Part shown: one piece after another, positions 17,039-20,738 of the stretch
Numbering within the stretch: the stretch's first letter is position 1
How the letters are laid out: every line of letters starts with the position of its first letter
DNA from: an uncultured archaeon
GTDB lineage: Archaea > Asgardarchaeota > Heimdallarchaeia > Heimdallarchaeales > Kariarchaeaceae
Assembly (NCBI GenBank): GCA_964645535.1
Contig: CAZYCQ010000033.1
Location: 1 to 20,738, forward strand
Direction of reading: 5' to 3'
DNA: 20,738 nucleotides
The notes under the pieces: generated by a model
Told to the model about the DNA's origin: nothing
Database searches by the model: none
What the model saw: only the letters and a program-made list of their open reading frames with translations
Made by a program: the position numbers and the translations under genes

Positions 17039-17874
17039 TATTTGCCGATCAATCCCTTTGTCCTCAATCTTTGTTCCATTCTATTGAAAGAGTAGACCCC
17101 AATGAAATAAACGATTACGCTCATCAATGCCACTGTCATGATGTCTTTGACAATGGTGGGTGATGGACCAAGAAGAAGGGTATTCCTGAACCCTTCAATG
17201 ATTATGGTAAAAGGAGACCATTTTGAAATGGCCTGCAAAGGTGCAGGTAGCACTGCCAAAGGGAATGCAGAGGGTGTGATAATACTCAGGAACATTTCGA
17301 ATGTGAAAATAATTTTCCATCCTTGCTTCAATGTCAAGACGATTCCTGCAAGAAACATTGCCAAGCCCTGTACGAAAACGACGGCAATCACCACATAAAT
17401 CAAGGCAATTCCAATTCTCTCCGCACTGATCTCTGGAAACAAAAACCATGCCGCTATGAGCTGGACTGCAAGGACTCCCGATGCTCTTTCCGCTGAAAAC
17501 AGTGTGTTACCGAGGATAAGTGAGAACCTGGATATCGGGGATGTATATACTGCTTCCAGAGTGCCAAGTAATTCCTCCTCTCTTATCGTATAGGTTGATT
17601 CCCACATAATTGCCAACATGAACCTCAGGGTAACCAAACCTATGCCAACGAATAACCATACGTCCGCAGTCCCTGTGAGCTCCAATAGGTTTGCATTGTA
17701 TCTCCCTCCTGAGATGAAGGAGCTGTAAATTATCATCGGAAGAATGAAAAGGATTGGTGACAACGTCCAGAATGCGAAACTCAAAGGATATCGCAGGCTG
17801 ATTTGCCACCGCTTGCGAACCATTGCATTAATCGCGATCCATTCATCTCTTAACGGACTTGTCACCTGCATCAT
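17035..17874 (-). CDS. ABC-2 type permease (second paralogue)
   Basis: Motifs EEELLGTLEAVYTSP and FPLAVLP...SPFT, with a C-terminus (LRTKGLIGKY) like that of 14708..15553 (SRMKGTLGAF). Confidence 0.93.
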   Translation of the reverse strand: MMQVTSPLRDEWIAINAMVRKRWQISLRYPLSFAFWTLSPILFILPMIIYSSFISGGRYNANLLELTGTADVWLFVGIGLVTLRFMLAIMWESTYTIREEELLGTLEAVYTSPISRFSLILGNTLFSAERASGVLAVQLIAAWFLFPEISAERIGIALIYVVIAVVFVQGLAMFLAGIVLTLKQGWKIIFTFEMFLSIITPSAFPLAVLPAPLQAISKWSPFTIIIEGFRNTLLLGPSPTIVKDIMTVALMSVIVYFIGVYSFNRMEQRLRTKGLIGKY

Positions 17875-18241
17875 TTTATGGCAGGGTTATTGATTAGGTT
17901 TATCCTAATTTACGATTAATTATTGATTCACCTAACTTTTAACTACCGATAAACCATGTTAAATCACATTTGATGTACAATCTAGTATGAAGAAATAATA
18001 TGGATGGCAATCAAATTATCTATTCAAAATAAATCTTAGTACAATTCTTTTATTTCCTCGGTAGTTTATATTTTAATCAATTTTTCTCTCTAAGTTATAG
18101 CTAAACATTTTTGTAATTTGAATATACTATTTAATAGAAATTATTGAATGAGCATTTGATAATCCACATTTTTTGATATTCCAAAATAATTTACTGTACT
18201 ATAGAAAAATTTAATTGTGGTTAAAATTTGAAAACAATACC

Positions 18242-19512
18242 ATGAAAATTAACGCATTATTGATAATCTTAATTTTAGGTATTCAACCCCTCTCCTTCAT
18301 TTCGTGGGGGGGGGGGGGGGTGATGATCTTAGGATGACATCCCGACAAGATCAATTGATGGCTGATGGAATCCCCGGAACCTATGGGAAACTGTCAGATA
18401 TGAAGAATTGTCAAAGCAAAGAGATGAAATTCATAAACTGCCATTTAATCCAGAACAATTTGCCTGCAAATGGTGATTTTAAAGGTACAACAGTCATCAT
18501 TGATGATGGGTTGAGTTTAAACACCTGGAGGAAACTTGAGGAAAATTTTGTTGACATCGTGAGATATGTGACATTAGATCCTACAACTGGAAAAATCAAA
18601 GAGTTTGGATCAGAAGGAAAAGATTGCAAGACACTTTTTACATTTTCTTGGCGTGGAATAAAACGCTGCTCATTGTTTTCTTACTTGTCTTACCTTTCAT
18701 ATGATGACCAAACTCATGGTGCAATGGTAGCCAGTGCTTTCGGAACAATTGCTAAAGGTGCAAAAATTATCTTTGTCGATACGACCTTTCTTGGGGATTC
18801 TTCAGGATTAGAATTTGGAATACCGTTGGTTCAATGGTTGAATAATGCTGTTCTTCCATACAACATCAAAGTTGTTTCAATGTCTTGGTCTGGTCCCGAT
18901 CCAAGAAATAAGGCTCAGGTCGATGCTCTTCTGGATTCTCTGTACTTAAATGGTGTGTTTCTTGTCAGCTCCATAGGGAATGATGGCAAAAATAGAGGAG
19001 ATGCATTTCCACAAAACCATAGGTTTGTCTATGCTGTGGGATCTGTAGATCATGAAAATAGGGGTCTACCTTGGGATACTGATTATTTTTCAAGCTATGG
19101 GAAATTTTCAGGTGATGTTGCTTACTACAATTCTCGTGATTGTAGTTCTACTGGTTTAACATTTTGTTCAAGTTATGGTGATTCCTCTTTTGGAAGCAAA
19201 GCCACAGATTTCGTTATGCCTGGAAATGGGGTTCTTACAGCTCAATTTGATGCTGAAATATATGTCGCAAAATATTCTTTTGGAACCAGCTTCAGCACTC
19301 CGTATTTGGCTGCAGCTGCCCTTATTGCCCAATATGCTTACTTTTTGGGAATGGAGCAGAACTATGGCTCTGGAGCTTACTTGTCTCCCGCTGATCTTTA
19401 TGAAGTGTTGAAGGCATCCTCAAGCAGAACCTCTTGGTCCCCCTACCTTGGTTGGGGATATATTGATCTTGATTTCCTCTATGATTATGCAAGGAACTTG
19501 GCAGGTGAATAA
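18242..19512 (+). CDS. Secreted subtilisin-like (S8) serine protease, frameshifted at a poly-G tract as given
   Basis: Catalytic motifs IIDDG, THGAMVAS, SIGNDG and GTSFSTP lie in the 18304..19512 frame. A signal-peptide-like MKINALLIILILGIQPLSFIS starts at ATG 18242 in another frame and stops at 18335-18337. Confidence 0.88.
18306..18320 (+). repeat. G15 homopolymer tract
   Basis: Fifteen consecutive G between the signal-peptide coding segment and the protease body. Confidence 0.95.
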
Positions 19513-19513
19513 G

Positions 19514-20140
19514 ATGAGGTGGATGATCCAATTAATTTTTGTTGTTGCCCTTATTGGGAGTTTACCAACTGCGTTATCCCATCATGGTTCTGATCATATA
19601 TTCCTTACGGAAGATCGGATTACTCTCCAAGCAGGAGATGTCTATGGAAGACAGATCCAGTTAAATGACACTTATGACATTACGGCCTATTCTTTTGGTA
19701 CTGATGTCTATATTGTTACCTTCGATGGCAATCTTACTCTTAATTTGGCTCATTTCCCTTCAGGTACATATGAAGGAATGGATCAAGATGTAAAACGATA
19801 CCAGAGAAATGTGACACTTAATCCTGAAGATTATCCTGATGCATATAGGCGGGCGATAGATGCCACTGTTTCGGAGGAAGAAGTCCTTTCCGTTCCCATG
19901 CATCGATTTGGTTTGGTTGATTTGGATGGAGAGCCGATGAGAGATCGGGATGAGGCTTGGAAGGTATTCTTCTTCAATATCACCGTTACAGGTGTCGGAA
20001 ATGTTACCCTTTATTACAGTACTAACGGGATACATTTGCCAACTCTTGATGATACCCGCGCTCCTATTCCAATGCAGTCCATTTTTATGGGGTTATTAGT
20101 CGTCGTTTTAGGTAAACATACTCGAAGAAGGCCGAGTTAG
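19514..20140 (+). CDS. Secreted/surface protein with a C-terminal membrane anchor
   Basis: The start at 19514 follows a GGTGA RBS and lies 1 nt after the protease stop. It has a signal peptide (MRWMIQLIFVVALIGSLPTALS), a beta-rich body with several NxT sequons and the C-terminus APIPMQSIFMGLLVVVLGKHTRRRPS. Confidence 0.8.
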   Translation: MRWMIQLIFVVALIGSLPTALSHHGSDHIFLTEDRITLQAGDVYGRQIQLNDTYDITAYSFGTDVYIVTFDGNLTLNLAHFPSGTYEGMDQDVKRYQRNVTLNPEDYPDAYRRAIDATVSEEEVLSVPMHRFGLVDLDGEPMRDRDEAWKVFFFNITVTGVGNVTLYYSTNGIHLPTLDDTRAPIPMQSIFMGLLVVVLGKHTRRRPS

Positions 20141-20168
20141 AGTAGATGCTATTAATGAATAATTATCG

Positions 20169-20738
20169 TTAATCTTCCTCATCTTCATCCAGAAAGCTAA
20201 AGTCCAATTTTCGTCCGATGGTGATCAGTTCGATTTCATTGGCTTTCTGAATCTCCATAAACGCTTCTTCAATCTCCTTTGCAATCCTGTAGGTGATGAA
20301 AACGGCTTTCGGGGTCTTTCCATATTTCTCTCTGATGAACTTTATCTTTTTGACGAACCTCAAAAGCTTGTCCAAAGAATCAACAAATGATGTGACTTCA
20401 ACAACCAATAGTGGATTTTCCTGAAATAGGTCAATCTCGATTTCTGAAGTTCCCAGTCTTCTTTGTGGATCCTCGAACTTGACACCCCATTTCAGATTGT
20501 CGCTCGGAAAGCCTTTTGCATTAAGCACTCCTTGAAACCACATTAGGGAATGGAGCTCTAATTCTTCACCTCCTATTTTTCGCCAAAAAGCTTCGTGCTT
20601 ATCCATTCTTCTGTGTAACCTATTCTGTGATTTCCGCAATTCTTTCATTTCATCCCACATGTTCTGAAATCCCTGTTCCATTGCCTCCCGTTGCGCTTTA
20701 AGCTCATCTCTCTGTGTTTTGAGCTCATCCCACACCTT
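20169..20738 (-). CDS. Coiled-coil + PD-(D/E)XK-like nuclease-fold protein (DUF3782/DUF1626-like), 5' truncated
   Basis: Heptad-like WDELK/WDEMK repeats followed by EIEIDLF...LVVEVTS. The frame stays open to the window edge. Confidence 0.72.
   Translation of the reverse strand, partial: KVWDELKTQRDELKAQREAMEQGFQNMWDEMKELRKSQNRLHRRMDKHEAFWRKIGGEELELHSLMWFQGVLNAKGFPSDNLKWGVKFEDPQRRLGTSEIEIDLFQENPLLVVEVTSFVDSLDKLLRFVKKIKFIREKYGKTPKAVFITYRIAKEIEEAFMEIQKANEIELITIGRKLDFSFLDEDEED

Noticed and set aside
18304-18306. GTG start for the S8 protease as in the ORF track
   Set aside because: It would begin with poly-Gly and no signal peptide; the ATG at 18242 gives a better N-terminus.
19448-19513. Longer N-terminus for the surface protein
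   Set aside because: It overlaps the protease by 65 nt; the RBS and signal peptide point to 19514.
1-20738. tRNA/rRNA genes, transposases, integrases, cas genes; remaining short ORFs nested in or antisense to the called genes
   Set aside because: None was recognisable by eye. The nested ORFs lack motifs and are explained as shadows of the main genes.

Overview
Archaeal chromosomal window, most likely from an Asgard archaeon (Heimdallarchaeia-like). This is inferred from longin/DENN-like and V4R proteins, GAGGTGA/GGAGG ribosome-binding sites, TATA-like promoters and a C-terminal sorting motif. It starts with the trailer end of a CRISPR array (37-bp repeat, 11 spacers, no cas genes in view) and a thioredoxin-like gene. 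Next is a tightly coupled five-gene minus-strand operon (longin+DENN-like protein, two small unknown proteins, two V4R proteins), then a solo OLD-family nuclease. The middle holds small membrane proteins, a DedA/VTT protein, a tandem metallophosphoesterase, a triple HeH/Rho-N repeat protein and a divergent RtcB-like gene coupled to a GDPD phosphodiesterase. The right end holds an ABC-2 exporter split around a 4-TM HEPN-motif protein, a subtilisin-like protease frameshifted at a G15 tract with a membrane-anchored partner, and a truncated coiled-coil PD-(D/E)XK protein. The best candidates for undescribed biology are the longin-DENN/V4R operon, the RtcB-like/GDPD pair, the membrane HEPN protein and the poly-G switch. 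All family calls come from motif reading by eye; no database searches were run.
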